64,000 bases of DNA from Malacoraja senta (Eukaryota). The stretch spans positions 1,922,001 through 1,986,000 of the forward strand of contig CM075989.1 in NCBI GenBank assembly GCA_038087875.1, in the 5' to 3' direction. Shown here one piece after another: positions 51,809-64,000 of the stretch (position 1 is its first letter; each line of letters begins with the position of its first letter). A program made the translations under genes and the position numbers. The notes under the pieces were generated by a model. It worked only from the letters and a program-made list of their open reading frames with translations, was not told the origin of the DNA and did no database searches.

Positions 51809-53714
51809 AAACTAGGCAGTAGAATGCCATGTATAAGGAGACACTGAACTGTGGGTGTCTCTTGATAACAAAAGCAGTCATTAGAGACTGTGAATAATGT
51901 TATAAACTCATTGAGGAGCCATGAGAGAGAGAGCTGACCTTGGAATGAACTAAGGTGAAGTGGGATGTGCAGCCGCTGCCAGTTCTTATCACACACAGTC
52001 ACAATGCAGCGTTTAACATCACTCACCCTTTCCCATTACAGGGCATTGATGCTTTTATCTCAAAATGTCACATCATAACAGGCTGATTCACATTTTGCCA
52101 AAACCCTCATCGTGAGAAATTTGCAATTGACATAATCGACAAAAACAAAATAAACCGCTCGTCTGAATAAGTGAGAAATGATACATCATTCTAACCAGGG
52201 TCAAAACTGCCCCCAACCACCAACAAACCTGCCCCGACCCCAGGCACCTGCGCCCACACCAAACAGATTTTAAATTAGGAATATGTGACATGTCGGGTCA
52301 AGACTCTTCTTCAGACTGAGGGTCTCAGCCCTCACCTATTCACTTTCTCCAGAGCTGCTGCCTAACCTGTTGAGTTATTCTCACATTTTGTGTCTGTCTT
52401 CGGTGTAAACCAGCACCTGCAGTTCTTTCCTACATAGTATTTTAGTTTAGTTTAAATCAGAGATGAACATGAGAAAAGGCCCTTCAGCCCACTGAGTCCA
52501 AGCCGACCATCGATCACCGTTCACACTAGTTCCATGTTATCCCACGTTCTCATCCACTCCCCACACACTAGGGACAAATTACAGATAGCCAATTAAACTA
52601 CAAGGCCAGGATGTGGGAGGAAACCAGAGCACCCGGAGGAAAGCCACGTGGTCACAGTCAGAGCGTGCAAACTACACAGAGAAAGCGCCTGTGGTCAGGA
52701 TCGACCCCGGGTCTCTGGTGCTGTGAGGCAGCAACACTGCCAGTGCCACCAGGTTTCTCCATCCTTTGGACAACCTCCAACGCAGCCCATGCCACACAAT
52801 TCACACAACGTCCTGCAACACCAACAAACATTACAAGCAGTCTAAAGAAGGGTCTCGACCTGAAACATCACCCACTCCTTCTCTCCAGAGATGCTGCCTG
52901 TCCCGCTGAGTTACTCCAGCTTTTTGTGTCTATCTCCCATTTAAACCACCATCTGCAGTTCTTTCCTACATATGATAAGGGAATAACCTTTAGTGCAAGA
53001 TAGAGTCAGCAAAGTCCGATCAAGGACAGCTGAGGGTCACCAATGAGGTAGATAGTAGTTCAGGACCGCTCTCTGTGTCACTCTTCACTGACATTACTCT
53101 CCACTGACACTAATGTTGTTCTGGCCCCAGGGACAAGTCCCTCCATCATCCATACCTTCCCTGTCCCACTTCCAGTTGCCAGTACCTCTACATCGCTGCC
53201 AAAGCTGTCTCAGGAGCTTTGAACATAACTCTTGATGTGAGGCATACATCCTCCCTTAATGCCTGGATTTGAATTTCAAAGCAAAGACTGCATTATGGGC
53301 TCTGTAATGAGCTGTACACAGTAATGCACTCGGCAGATGTGAGTGTTTGTTTTCTGTTGGCTGACATTTTAGAGCCGTTTGTTGGGCAAAATGGGATGTG
53401 GGCGCGATGCCCATGTTTATGAAAGTGGGGACTGCATTTAGAAGTCGCCAGCTGATCAGGTTTTGTACTGTTCATTGCTGAATAATGATTGCCCTGGATA
53501 TTGGTCGTCTTCAGCGAGTACAATGGGAGCCTTTGAACCTAAATACAACCGTGGAAACCAAAGATCCTAGAGCTCCGCTATAGGATCTTTGGTGGAAACC
53601 TGCAGCACAAAAGCTGGCAATTTACCCTAAGCAGAACTAATGAAGCTGCTCTCAATCCCAGCCCCTACCTCCATTATCCGTTCATGCGGTGACATGACTT
53701 TCCTCAAACATCTT

Positions 53715-54030
53715 TTAGTGTTAGTTTAGTTTCGAGATACAGTGCGGAAACAGGCCCCTTGGCCCACCGAGTCGGCGCCGACCAGCGATCCCCGCACACT
53801 AGTACTATCCGACACACACTAGCCACAATTCATAATTCTACCAAAGCCAATTAACCAACAAACCTGTACGTCTTTAGAGAGCGGTAGGAAACCGGAGAAC
53901 CCGGAGAAAACCCACGCAGGTCACGGGGAGAACGTACACACTCTGTACAGACAGCACCCATGGTCAGGATCGAACCCAGGTCTCTGGTGCTGAAGGGCAG
54001 CAACTCAACCGCTGTGCCACCGTGCCGCCC
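53715..54030 (-). mobile_element. HE1-type V-SINE
   Basis: A/B boxes, V-domain and tail. Confidence 0.85.
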
Positions 54031-54334
54031 TCTTCCACCAATTACACTAGTGGTGGAGGCAGATATGACAGCTTCAATTACATTGACTCCTAGTGTTTGA
54101 CTTCTCTGCTGAAACATAAAGCCATATCCTGTTACGTTTCCCAAGTCTCACAAATTCCTAGAGGGGTCGATTAAAGCTTCTCTCGACTAACTTTGCTGCA
54201 AAGAAACATCTCGGCATAACTGGCCCTTCCTCATAACTGAAATACTCAACCAGGCAACAAAAGTGTAAGTCTTCTCTGCACCTCCTCTTATGATGTCATG
54301 CCCTCCACCACCAGCCCACGACAACACACTCCAG

Positions 54335-54772
54335 GCCCTCAGTGGGCAGGTGCTATAGACCTGCACGGGAAGGTAGACGCTCCCGCCCCCACGAGTCTCG
54401 GGCAGATGGGGCTCGTCAGCCTGGGAAGGCAGTCCATCTAGGAGAGGGAAAACTCTGATTTAAAACCTCCACTGCCTTGTGGCCATATCCAGTCATGGAA
54501 AAGGCTCCGGGAGTAAACCTCAAGAAAATCCGGAGTCGGAGCCCCTAAGGTAGTTCGTCGATGTCTACAACCTTGCTCTGGCAGCTCCTGCGACGGCGCT
54601 GGTGCCAAACTGTAACGGCCCTGCTGTTCCTTTGGATCGATCAGCGACGTGGAGAGGGGGGACGTGCTGCATGGGTAACAGCCTGTCCTCCATATGACAT
54701 CGCCCAGGCTTGCATCCGACCAGGATGCATCACCCATGGTCAGTCATGACCGAGGGGGGGCTTACTACTACC
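54335..54772 (+). mobile_element. Non-autonomous element resembling an RTE-clade 5' UTR joined to a short 3' tail
   Basis: Contains gggctcgtcagcctgggaaggcagtccatctaggagagggaaaactctg, which I recognise from RTE-type 5' UTRs. Ends in a hairpin plus (CTA)n. No ORF. Confidence 0.55.
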
Positions 54773-54774
54773 AC

Positions 54775-55050
54775 TGCCTGTAAGCTGCCAAAGCAAAATA
54801 TGAGATGCTGTTCCTCCAATTTGCGTTTAGCTTCACTCTGACAATGGAGGAGACCTAGGACAGAAAGGTCTGTGTGGAATTGGAAGGAGAATGAAAGTGT
54901 TTAGCAACCGGGAGATCAGGTAGGTTCAGGTGGACTGAGCGAAGGTGTTCCGTGAAATGATCGCCCATGTTTAGTCTCGCCGATGTAGAAGAGTCCACAT
55001 CTTGAACAATGGATACAGTAGATGAGGTTGGAGGGGGTGCAAGTGAACCT
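54775..55050 (-). mobile_element. Penelope-like GIY-YIG fragment
   Basis: Translates RFTCTPSNLIYCIHCSRCGLFYIGETK. Confidence 0.8.
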
Positions 55051-56066
55051 CAGCCTAGGCACCCGGACGAGGCATCGAAGGACGAGAAGCCAAAGCAAAG
55101 AAGTGGAAGCCAAATAACCGAAAGGCTGCGTCGCCTACAAGACAACTATCTGAATGGCAACTCAGCCTAAAAGTCAAATAACGGACATGACGTTGCTGGG
55201 GGGGGGGCGGGATTTGTCAGCGATTGGTCCAAACCCCACCATGAATCTGTATCAACGTTCTTAGTGGAAATCAAATCAAACCAAAACGTGTTGCCTCTTG
55301 GAGAAGGAAGGAGAAAGAAATATAGTGGACATACCTAGTAATGGAACATGTGAGAACTGCGTACTAAAAGATGGTTCTCTTTTACCATAAGAACGGAGAA
55401 ATCTGATAGAGTTGCAAATGGAATCGATAGAAAAGGCACCTGACGTTCAAAATGTTCCAAGAAACATAATTATATTTGATCTCTCCTTTTCACACCTTAC
55501 CCTTCCATATCTCTATGTCTCCCTCTCTCCTGACTCAGTCTGAAGAAGCATCTCAACCCAAAACGTCACCCATCCCCTCCATCCAGAGATGTTGCCAGTC
55601 CCGCTGAGATACTCCGGCATTTTACCTCCAACTTTGGAGTAAACCAGCATCTGCAGATCCTTCCCACATAATCTTGTTTAACTGTCGGTGGCTGGTCCAT
55701 GAAGTGAAGTAAGACTGTGGTGTGCTGCTTCATTAGACTGTAGACTGGTGTAATGAGTTTAAATACATTGTCACACTCAGGATAAGACTGAAGGCTGGAG
55801 GTATGGCAACAACTGGTCTATTTACTGAGCAGGGTCTATTTAAAAAGCACACTTTAGCACGTAGTTTAATGTTTGAATAGAATACTAGAGCAATGGTACA
55901 ACTAGAAACTAGTCTATCGAGTGTTTTTAATCAGCGCACCACACCAGTCTAGTCTATTTAACAACTCTACACCAGTCCAATGGGTCAATGGTTCTTTATT
56001 GTCACGATACAGCACAGTGAAATACATTTGCCGCCGGGCCTGTAATGGCTCCTTGCTCCTGATGTT

Positions 56067-56395
56067 CCTTGGCTATCCTAGTCTGGCCCGGCCTTGTTCC
56101 CGGCGGTCCTTGGCTATCCTAGTCTGGCACAGCCTTGTTCTCTGCGGTCCTTGGCTATCCTAGTCTGGCCCGGCCTTGTTCTCTGCGGTCCTTGGCTATC
56201 CTAGTCTGACCCGGCCTTGTTCCCGGCGGTCCTTGGCTATCCTAGTCTGACCCGGCCTTGTTCCCGGCGGTCCTTGGCTATCCTAGTCTGGCCCGGCCTT
56301 GTTCCCAGCGGTCCTTGGCTATCCTAGTCTGGCACAGCCTTGTTATCTGCGGTCCTTGGCTATCCTAGTCTGGCCCGGCCTTGTTCTCTGCGGTC
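56067..56395. repeat. 41-bp minisatellite, about 8 copies
   Basis: Unit ccttggctatcctagtctggcccggccttgttcccggcggt. Confidence 0.95.
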
Positions 56396-56589
56396 ACTTC
56401 TGCCGCCGGGTTCGTGCTTGTTCACGTTGGCCGCTGGCTGGTTCCACCCCGGCACTGCTCCTCACCACGGGCTGGGAGCTTCCCTACTACCCTAGTCTAC
56501 TGTGTATATAACAGCATCCTTCACCAAGCTACAGTCTATTTAAACACACCACACCAGTCTACAGTATTAAACACCACACTACCCCAGTC

Positions 56590-57275
56590 TCATCATCACT
56601 GGCGGTCACTCAAAACGAGTATGACTGTCCTCTCCATAGGGTCGTCTACTTGTGGGTCTGCAGATGTCTGTAGAGGCCGATCCGTGATCCACACACCTTG
56701 GTGCAACGTGGGCAGTGGAGACTGGCGGTGGTCGGTAGTTGTCGAGCCCCCTTCTCTCTCTCTCCTTACGGTGCTGTCGCTTTGTCTCTGCGACACGGCG
56801 AAGTTCCATTTCATGACGTGCAGCTCCTTCCTGCACGGATTTCCACCAGGAGCGCCGTTCAGTGAATTGTGCTCCCAGTTGCTCGATGTGATGTGGAATT
56901 TCTTCAGACTGTTCTTGATGTTGTCCTTGAAGCGTTTCTTTGGCCCACCGGGGGCTCGCCGACCTTCCTTCAATTGAGAGAACAGGATGTGTTTAGGGAG
57001 ACGTGTGTTGGACTTGCAGATGACATGGTCAGTCCATCGAAGTTGGTGCTGCATTATTGTGGTGGTGATGCTGGTCATGGTGGCTTCCTCCAAAACGCTG
57101 ATGTTGGTGTGTTTGTCCTCCCAGCTGATCCTCAGAATCTTTCGTAAGTATCTTTGATGGTATTGTTCCAGGGCTCTCAGATGCCTGCTGTAGGTGGTTC
57201 ATGACCCGGCTCCATACAACAGGGTGGAGAAGACAACGGTTCTGTAGACCAGCTGTTTAGTTTGAACCTTTAGTT
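56590..57275 (-). mobile_element. RTE-clade LINE 3' fragment
   Basis: Translates QLRWTDHV...RLPKHILFSQLKEGRRAPGGPKKRFKDNIKNSLK. (TGA)n tail at 56590-56600. Confidence 0.85.
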
Positions 57276-57979
57276 CTCAGTCTATAGTATTAAACAACAC
57301 ACACCACACCAGTCTACTGTCTATTTAAATGCTGCATTGCAACAGCCAAATTTATGGAGTCAATTTTTAAATCATTGCTGTTGAACTACTGTACAAGAAA
57401 CCTAACCAACCTACAGGGACACCACTGAATTAAATTAAGGTGATCATAAAATAGTGACTGGAGAAGAGTTACATACAAATCATGGACATTAAATCAATCC
57501 TTGTCACTTTGTGGCGGTGTGATTACTAGGTTCGATAAACGGAAGAATTAGCCAGTCATTTCCATGCTGGCTGGAAATATTGCAGACAATTCTGTTGACA
57601 AACAGCGGGGAAAGAGCGGTCAGTGACAAAAATAGAAAGTTGAGGTTGTAGCTGCGGCTGTACTTTGAGTAAGGAGGTGTCCACATCAGTGGGCTGTCTG
57701 TCTGCCTGTCTGTCTGTCTGTCTGTCTGCCTGCTGTGGCCCCTACCAATCTTCCCCTTCTCGGTGGAACATTGAACTCCATTTGGATGCTTTTCACAAAG
57801 TGCTGGAGTAACTCAGCGGGACAGGCAGCATCTCTGGAGAGAGCAATGGGAGATATTTCGGGTCGAGAACCTTCATCAGACAGATTCTTGAAGCATTGTG
57901 GCTGATGTGAAGGGCAGGAGATGGTTTAAGATTAACAATGAACCCTCTCCTCTCTTTCTTGTTGGTACATAATTAATTG

Positions 57980-58305
57980 GGACGGCATGGTGGCGCAGCG
58001 GTAGAGTTGCTGCCTTACAGCGCTTGCAACGCCGGCCACCCAGGTTCGATCCTGACTACGGGTGCTGTCTGTACGGAGTTTGTACGTTCTCCCCGTGACC
58101 TGCGTAGATTTTCTCCGACATCTTCGGTTTCCTCCCACACTCCAAAGACGTACAGGTTTGTAGGTTAATTGGCTTGGTAAAACTGTAAATTGTCTCTAGT
58201 GCATGTGGGATAGCGTTAATGTGTGGGGATCGGCGGTCGGCGTGGACTTGGTGGGCCGAAGGGCCTGTTTCCGTGCTGTATCTCTAAACTAAACTAAACT
58301 AAACT
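57980..58305 (+). mobile_element. HE1-type V-SINE (subfamily with an extra GCTTGCA segment in the head)
   Basis: A/B boxes, V-domain and (CTAAA)4 tail. An inverted copy of the same subfamily lies at 58655-58972. Confidence 0.85.
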
Positions 58306-60654
58306 GTGGCTGGGAGAGTCAGAGATTATGTTTGCAACAGTCCTGTCCCAACTCGGCCTTCTTCTTCCAATGCTTAGTTTAGTTTAGAGAACAGACATTT
58401 CAGAAATGAACACAGTCTCCAGTCACCAACATCTTCTACAACTGTAAGATAACAGCGGTAATTTATATGCTCAGTACCCTGACTGATGAAGGCCAATGTG
58501 CTGAAAGACTCCTCGACCACTCTAGCTGCCTGTGATGCCACATGAAAGGAACTATGATACCTGCACTCCTAGATCCCTCTGCACCATATCACATCCCAGA
58601 GCACTGCGACGGTCTTCCCCCGGGTAAACTTTGCAAAATACAACACCTTGCACCTTAGTTCAGTTTAGTTCAGTGATACAGCGTGGGAACAGGGCCTTCG
58701 GACCACGGAAGTCCACGCCGACCAGCGATCCCCGCGCATCAACACTATCCTACACACACTAGGGATAACTTACACACACACCAAGCCAATTAACTTACAA
58801 ACCCGTATGTCTTTGGAGTGTGGGAGGAAACAGAAGATCTCGGAGAAAACCCACGCGGTCACGGGGAGAACGTGCAAACTTCGTACAGACAGCACCCGTA
58901 TTTGGGATCAAGCCCGGGTCTCCGGCGCTGCAAGCGCTGTAAGGCAGCAACTCTACCGCTGCGCCACCGTGGCACTTATCTGCATTAAACTCCATTAACC
59001 ATTCCTCAGCCAACTTGCCCAACGGATTAAGATCCTGATGTAGACACAAAATGCTGGAGTAACTCAACGGGACAGGCAGCATCGCTGGAGAGAAAGATAG
59101 ATGACTCGAAACGTCATCCATTCCTTCTCTCCAGACATGCTGCCTGTCCCACTGGGTTACTCCAGCATTTTGTGTCCATCTTCAGTTTCAACTAGCATCT
59201 GCAGTTCCTTCCCACACATAAGATCCTGATGTAACTGATAACCATGTTTGCTATCTGCAACACCACCCACTTTAGTGTCATTTGCAAAGTGGATCCATGT
59301 CACACACAACACTGCAGTTTTCAATGGGTTGTATTGTTTGCTGTTGTTCACACAGATTGAGACAGACACTGCCTTCTTTACTTAATACAATTTGCGGAAT
59401 CTGTCCTCGATTGACATTCCAGTATCATGTGGGGATATCAAGGCAGACAGCACCTCGCACTGAAATAATATAATTCAGAACAAACTCGCCTCTATGCACA
59501 TAGACTTAAAAACAATTCTGTTCAATGTTATTTTACTCAATTCAGTAGGTTCTGTGTTTTTAAATAAAAAGTTATTGGAACTGCAGGACAAGTAATTTAG
59601 GACGGAGATGAGGAGAAGTGCCTTCTCTCAGAGGGTGGCGATACCTGTAGATCTCTCTGAAGCTGCAGAGTGCCACGGAATATATTTCAGAAGGAGATTG
59701 ATACAATTCTAGATGCAAACGGCATCAGGGATGGAGGGGAGAGAGAATATTGTACTGCAGTGGTTTAATCGGCCAAGTTTCCCCTGAAAGGCAGAGGTGT
59801 ACAAAATCATGAGAGGAATAGATCGAGTAGGGGAATTGAGAAGCAGAGGGCATAGGTTAAAGGTGAGGGGCAAAAGATTTAAAAATAATCTGAGGGGTAA
59901 CTTTTTCACACAAAGGGTGGTCGGTGTATGGAACGATCTGCCAGAGGAGGTAGTTGAGGCTGGGACTATCCTAACATTTAAGAAACATTTAGACAGGTAC
60001 ATGGATAGGACAGGTTTGGAGGGATATGGGCCAAGCACAGGCAGGTGGGACTAGTGTAGATGGGACATGTTGGCAAGTTGGGCCAAAGGGCCCAACGCTG
60101 TAAGACTCCATGACCCTATGACTCTGTAACATCATTCAAAGGGCCGAATGGCCTGCTCCATCTGCTTCAGTGTAATCCACGGCATTTTGCTCATTCCAAA
60201 GCAGAAACTTTCAGTCAATGCTGACATTGGGAGTCGATGTGTGAATCGAACGCTGTTCCACGTACACTGTTCTAAGGAGCTTCTGAATAATGGCTGCACC
60301 AGAAGCCAGCCTTCATTCAGCTAATGGCTCGGCTCGGCACACTATGGCCACTGTGGCGCAGCGGTAGCGTTGTTGTCTTACAGCGCTTGCAGTGCTGGAG
60401 ACCCGGGTTCAATCCTGACTACGGGTGCTGTCGGCGCGGAGTTTGTACGTTCTCCCCGTGGCCGCGTGGGTATTCTCCGAGATCCTCGGTTTGCTCCCAC
60501 ACTCCAAAGATGTACAGGTTTGTAGGTTAATCAGCTTGGTATAAATGTAAATTGTCCCTAGTGTGTGTAGGGTAGTGTTGGTGTGCGGGGATCGCTGGTT
60601 GGTTGGGACTCGGTGGGCTGAAGGGCCTGATTCCGTGCTGTATCTCCAAACTAA

Positions 60655-61285
60655 ACATAGAAACATACAAACATAGTAATTAGGAGGCCATTTGGCCCTT
60701 CGAGCCAGCACCGCCATTCACTGCGATCATGGCTGATCATCCCCAATCAATAACCCGTGCCTGCCTTCTCCCCATATCCTTTGATTCCACTAGCCCCTAG
60801 AGCTCTATCTAACTGTCTCTTAAATCCATCCAGTGATTTGGCCTCCACTGCCTTCTGTGGCAGTGAATTCCACAAATTCACAACTCTTTGGGTGAAAAAG
60901 TTTTTTCTCATCTCAGTTTTAAATGGCCTCACCTTTATTCTTAGACTGTGGCTCCTGGTTCTGGACCCCCATCATTGGGAACATTTTTCCTGCATCTAAC
61001 TTATCCAGTCCTTTTATAATTTTAGACATTTCTATAAGATCCCCTGTCATCCTTCTAAATTCCAGTGAGTACAAGCCCAGTCTTTACAATCTTTCCTCAT
61101 ATGTCAGTCCCGCCATCCCAGGGATTAACCTCGTGAACCTACGCTCCACTCCCTCAATAGCAAGGATGTCCTTCCTCAAATGTGGAGACCAAAACTGCAC
61201 ACAACACTCCAGGTGTGGTCTCACCAGGGCCCTGTGCAACTGCAAAAGGACCTCTACTCCACTTGTTATGAAGGCCAACATGCCA
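60655..61285 (-). mobile_element. CR1-clade LINE 3' fragment
   Basis: Translates VRPHLECCVQFWSP...FKTEMRKNFFTQRVVNLWNSLP. Confidence 0.85.
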
Positions 61286-61481
61286 TGAACAGGTAAACTG
61301 TTACGTGCAGGAACACAGTGATGCAGGAGCAGGACTGTGCTGCTGCCAGTAGTTTGCTGAGGATTCAGTGTCATCTCTGACTAATTCATGGCAGTTTGTT
61401 TAGTTTAGTTTAAAGATACAGTGCATAAACAGGCCTTTCCGCTGACCGAGTCCACGCTGTCCAGCGATCCCTGCACGCCAA

Positions 61482-62045
61482 TGGGCCTGTCCCACGTAGG
61501 CGATTTTTTCGGCAATTGCCGACGCCTGTCATAGTCGTAGCAGGTTGCTGAAAAAACGGCGACTCACCCCCCTACGACAATGTCTACAGCAACCTACCTC
61601 CTAGTCGATGTCAAGCGACAACCAGCGACCCATTAGGACGTCCACCTACGACCACACCTACGACAACCTACGTCCATCTGCGACAAGTTACGGCAAGGTA
61701 AGACAATTCAGTCGCCGGTACCTGTCGCCGGTTGACGTAGGTAGTCGCCAATGGAATTCACCAAAGTCAAGACCGGCGGCAACCTACGTCATCCTGGCGA
61801 CAACCTACGACAGCACCTACGTCAGGAGAAGTCAAACTACGCTCATTGGCGTCAAAACCACTGTTGCCGACTGTCGCTGAAAAGTTTTGAACATTTCAAA
61901 ATCCAGCGGCGACCAGAAAAACGCTACGATTCTTTGGGCGACTGAGGAGACGACTCACGACCATACAGGCGACACCCCGGCAACCGTGTGGCGACAGCCT
62001 AATCACCTGCAGTTGCCTTAAAATCGCCTAAGTGGGACAAGGGCA
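61482..62045. mobile_element. PIF/Harbinger-type MITE inserted in an HE1 SINE
   Basis: TIRs TGGGCCTGTCCCACGTAGGCGATTTT / AAAATCGCCTAAGTGGGACAAGGGCA at the TAA position of the SINE. Contains CGAC-rich internal repeats. Confidence 0.8.
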
Positions 62046-63536
62046 TTACACTATCCTACACACACGAGGGACAATTTAAAATGTTACCAGGCCAGTTAGG
62101 ATTCATCAGGATCTCTCCAGTTTCAGGAAAATACCAACATCATCCCCCCTTTACCCCCCTCTCTTCCCTGTGCCCCACCTGCATGTGCACCCATTCTTCC
62201 ACTATCCCACTCCACTTTCATCTTCCCCTTTCCCCTTCGACCTACATCCCTTCCTCCTGCTTCACAATTCTCACTTCTTCTTTCTTTATCAACCTTTTGT
62301 CTTTTTCCCTTCTCTGGTTTTACTCCACCCATCTGGCAATCAAACCCTGCTCTCCTGCATCCACTGTCGTCATTCATGTATCCCATCTTCCCCAGCCAAC
62401 AATGGGCCAATATAGACTCCATCCTTCCTGAGGTCACCTGCTGCCGGCCCTATGTTGTTCTGGCCTTCTCCATCAGTCTGACAAAGGGTTCTGACCCGAA
62501 AGGTCACCTCCAGGGATGCTGCCTGACTCACTGAGTTACTCCATCAGTCTGTGTCTATCCGCCTATTACTTGCCAGGGTTTGTTCTGCCCCCATCTATTT
62601 TCCAGCTATCATTCCCTCTCACTGGTATCAGTCCGAAGAAGAGTCTCCACCAAGAATGTCACCTGCCCATGTTCTCCAGAGATGCTGCCTGACCTTCTGA
62701 GCTACTCCAGCATTTTGTGTGTGTTTTTGTGGATCAGGCCCTTGGGATTGAATGAAGACTCCTTCATAGGTTGTATAGTGACATAGGCTTGCTGATGAGG
62801 AGTAAACCTTCCCCACTATATTAGTGTGCCACGATGCGATCACCAGTATCTGACACTTCCAGAGCCATGCCAGATATCATGTTCCATACAGAACGACAGC
62901 TCCCTCAGGTCAGAGGGTGGTGAATCTGTGGAATTCTTTGCCACAGAAGGCTGTGGAGGCCAGGTCCGTGGATAGATTTAAGGCAGACATAGATAGATTC
63001 TTGATTAGTATGGGTCAGAGGTTATGTGGAGAAGGCAGGAGAGTGGGGTTAGGAGGGAAAGATAGATCAGTCATGATTGAATGGCGCAGTAGACTTGATG
63101 GGCCCAATGGCCTGATTCTACTCCTATTCTTAGGACCTTATGACCTCAGCACGAGGCTTCTAACAGCCACTAATCTCTGACATGGAGTGCTTGCATTAGC
63201 ACCAACTGGTTCAGTTTCCTGGGGTGACTGCACGAAACCACCCAAGGAATGGTGGTGCAACGGTGGAGCTGCTGCCTTACAGTGCCAGAGACCCGGGTTC
63301 AATACTGACTACGGGTGCTGTCCATACGGCGTTTGTACATGTAACCGTGAGGGTTTTCTCCGGGTGCTCCGGTTTCCTCACACACTCCGAAGACGTGCAG
63401 GTTTGTAGGTTAATTGATTTTGCTAAAAACTTGTAAATTGTCGCTAGTGTGTGTGGATAGTGGCGGTGGATGGGGTGATCGCTGGTCAACATGGGCTCGT
63501 TGGGCTGAAGGGTCAGTTACTCTGCTGTATCTCTCA

Positions 63537-64000
63537 GGTCAAAAGTCTAAATTGAACAAAATCTATCCAAATATCTCTCCCATCTGTGATAAATGCTTAT
63601 CTGAGAATACCACTATAACACAATCTTGTCTCCTGTATAAAACTTCATCAATTCTGGAATTACATTTTTGACATTTTTACAAAACTATTTAAGAGAAGAA
63701 TTGAACCTAATACAGAAAGGATTATCTTTGGATCAATGGAAGATGGGAATAAGCTAAATCCGTTTCAAAAATCTCTACTTAATTACGGTTTAAATACGGC
63801 AAAAAAACTCATACTTAAATTTTGGAAAAATGCGCCAACTCCAACGTTCAAAATGTGGATTTCAAATATGTCGGAAATGGCATATCTTGAAGAAATGCGA
63901 CTCCTTCTAGCAGGTAAAGTAGACAAATTCTTATTGATTTGGTCTCCTTTTATTGACTTCTTACAAGCATATGGTGCAACACAACCATAGAAATAAAATG
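63537..64000 (+). mobile_element. L1-like LINE ORF2 C-terminal fragment
   Basis: Translates KLNKIYPNISPICDKC...(frameshift)...AKKLILKFWK...PTFKMW...IWSPFI*, a degenerate C-terminal zinc-knuckle region. Confidence 0.7.

Noticed and set aside
59380..59460. Good-looking minus-strand acceptor (ttatattatttcag) followed by a short open frame
   Set aside because: No homology or donor support; cannot be distinguished from a decoy site without RNA data.

Overview
Repeat-dense vertebrate genomic DNA, almost certainly from a cartilaginous fish (skate/ray-like, judged by HE1-type V-SINEs and CR1/HER1-type LINEs). The window lies inside a minus-strand Trk receptor tyrosine kinase gene, best matching NTRK3/TrkC. 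Only two kinase-domain exons are present (31462-31332 and 26219-26047), both with canonical GT-AG sites. The rest is intron filled with nested transposable elements: CR1 LINEs, a degenerate Penelope-like element with many short derivatives, a 3'-truncated Ty3/Gypsy element retaining its 5' LTR and PBS, RTE, Rex1 and L1-like fragments, about 20 HE1-type SINEs, Harbinger- and hAT-type MITEs, minisatellites and a 200-N gap. Most interesting: (1) two 27-33 bp palindromic inserts with CAAAG termini and perfect 8-bp target duplications that look like P-element-type excision footprints; (2) an abundant Penelope-derived short element carrying a minimal hammerhead ribozyme core, inserted alone or as fold-backs with target duplications; (3) a CpG-rich ~850 bp non-coding retroposon in two copies. 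Family assignments come from motif recognition only; no database search was run and TE boundaries are approximate unless a TSD is quoted.
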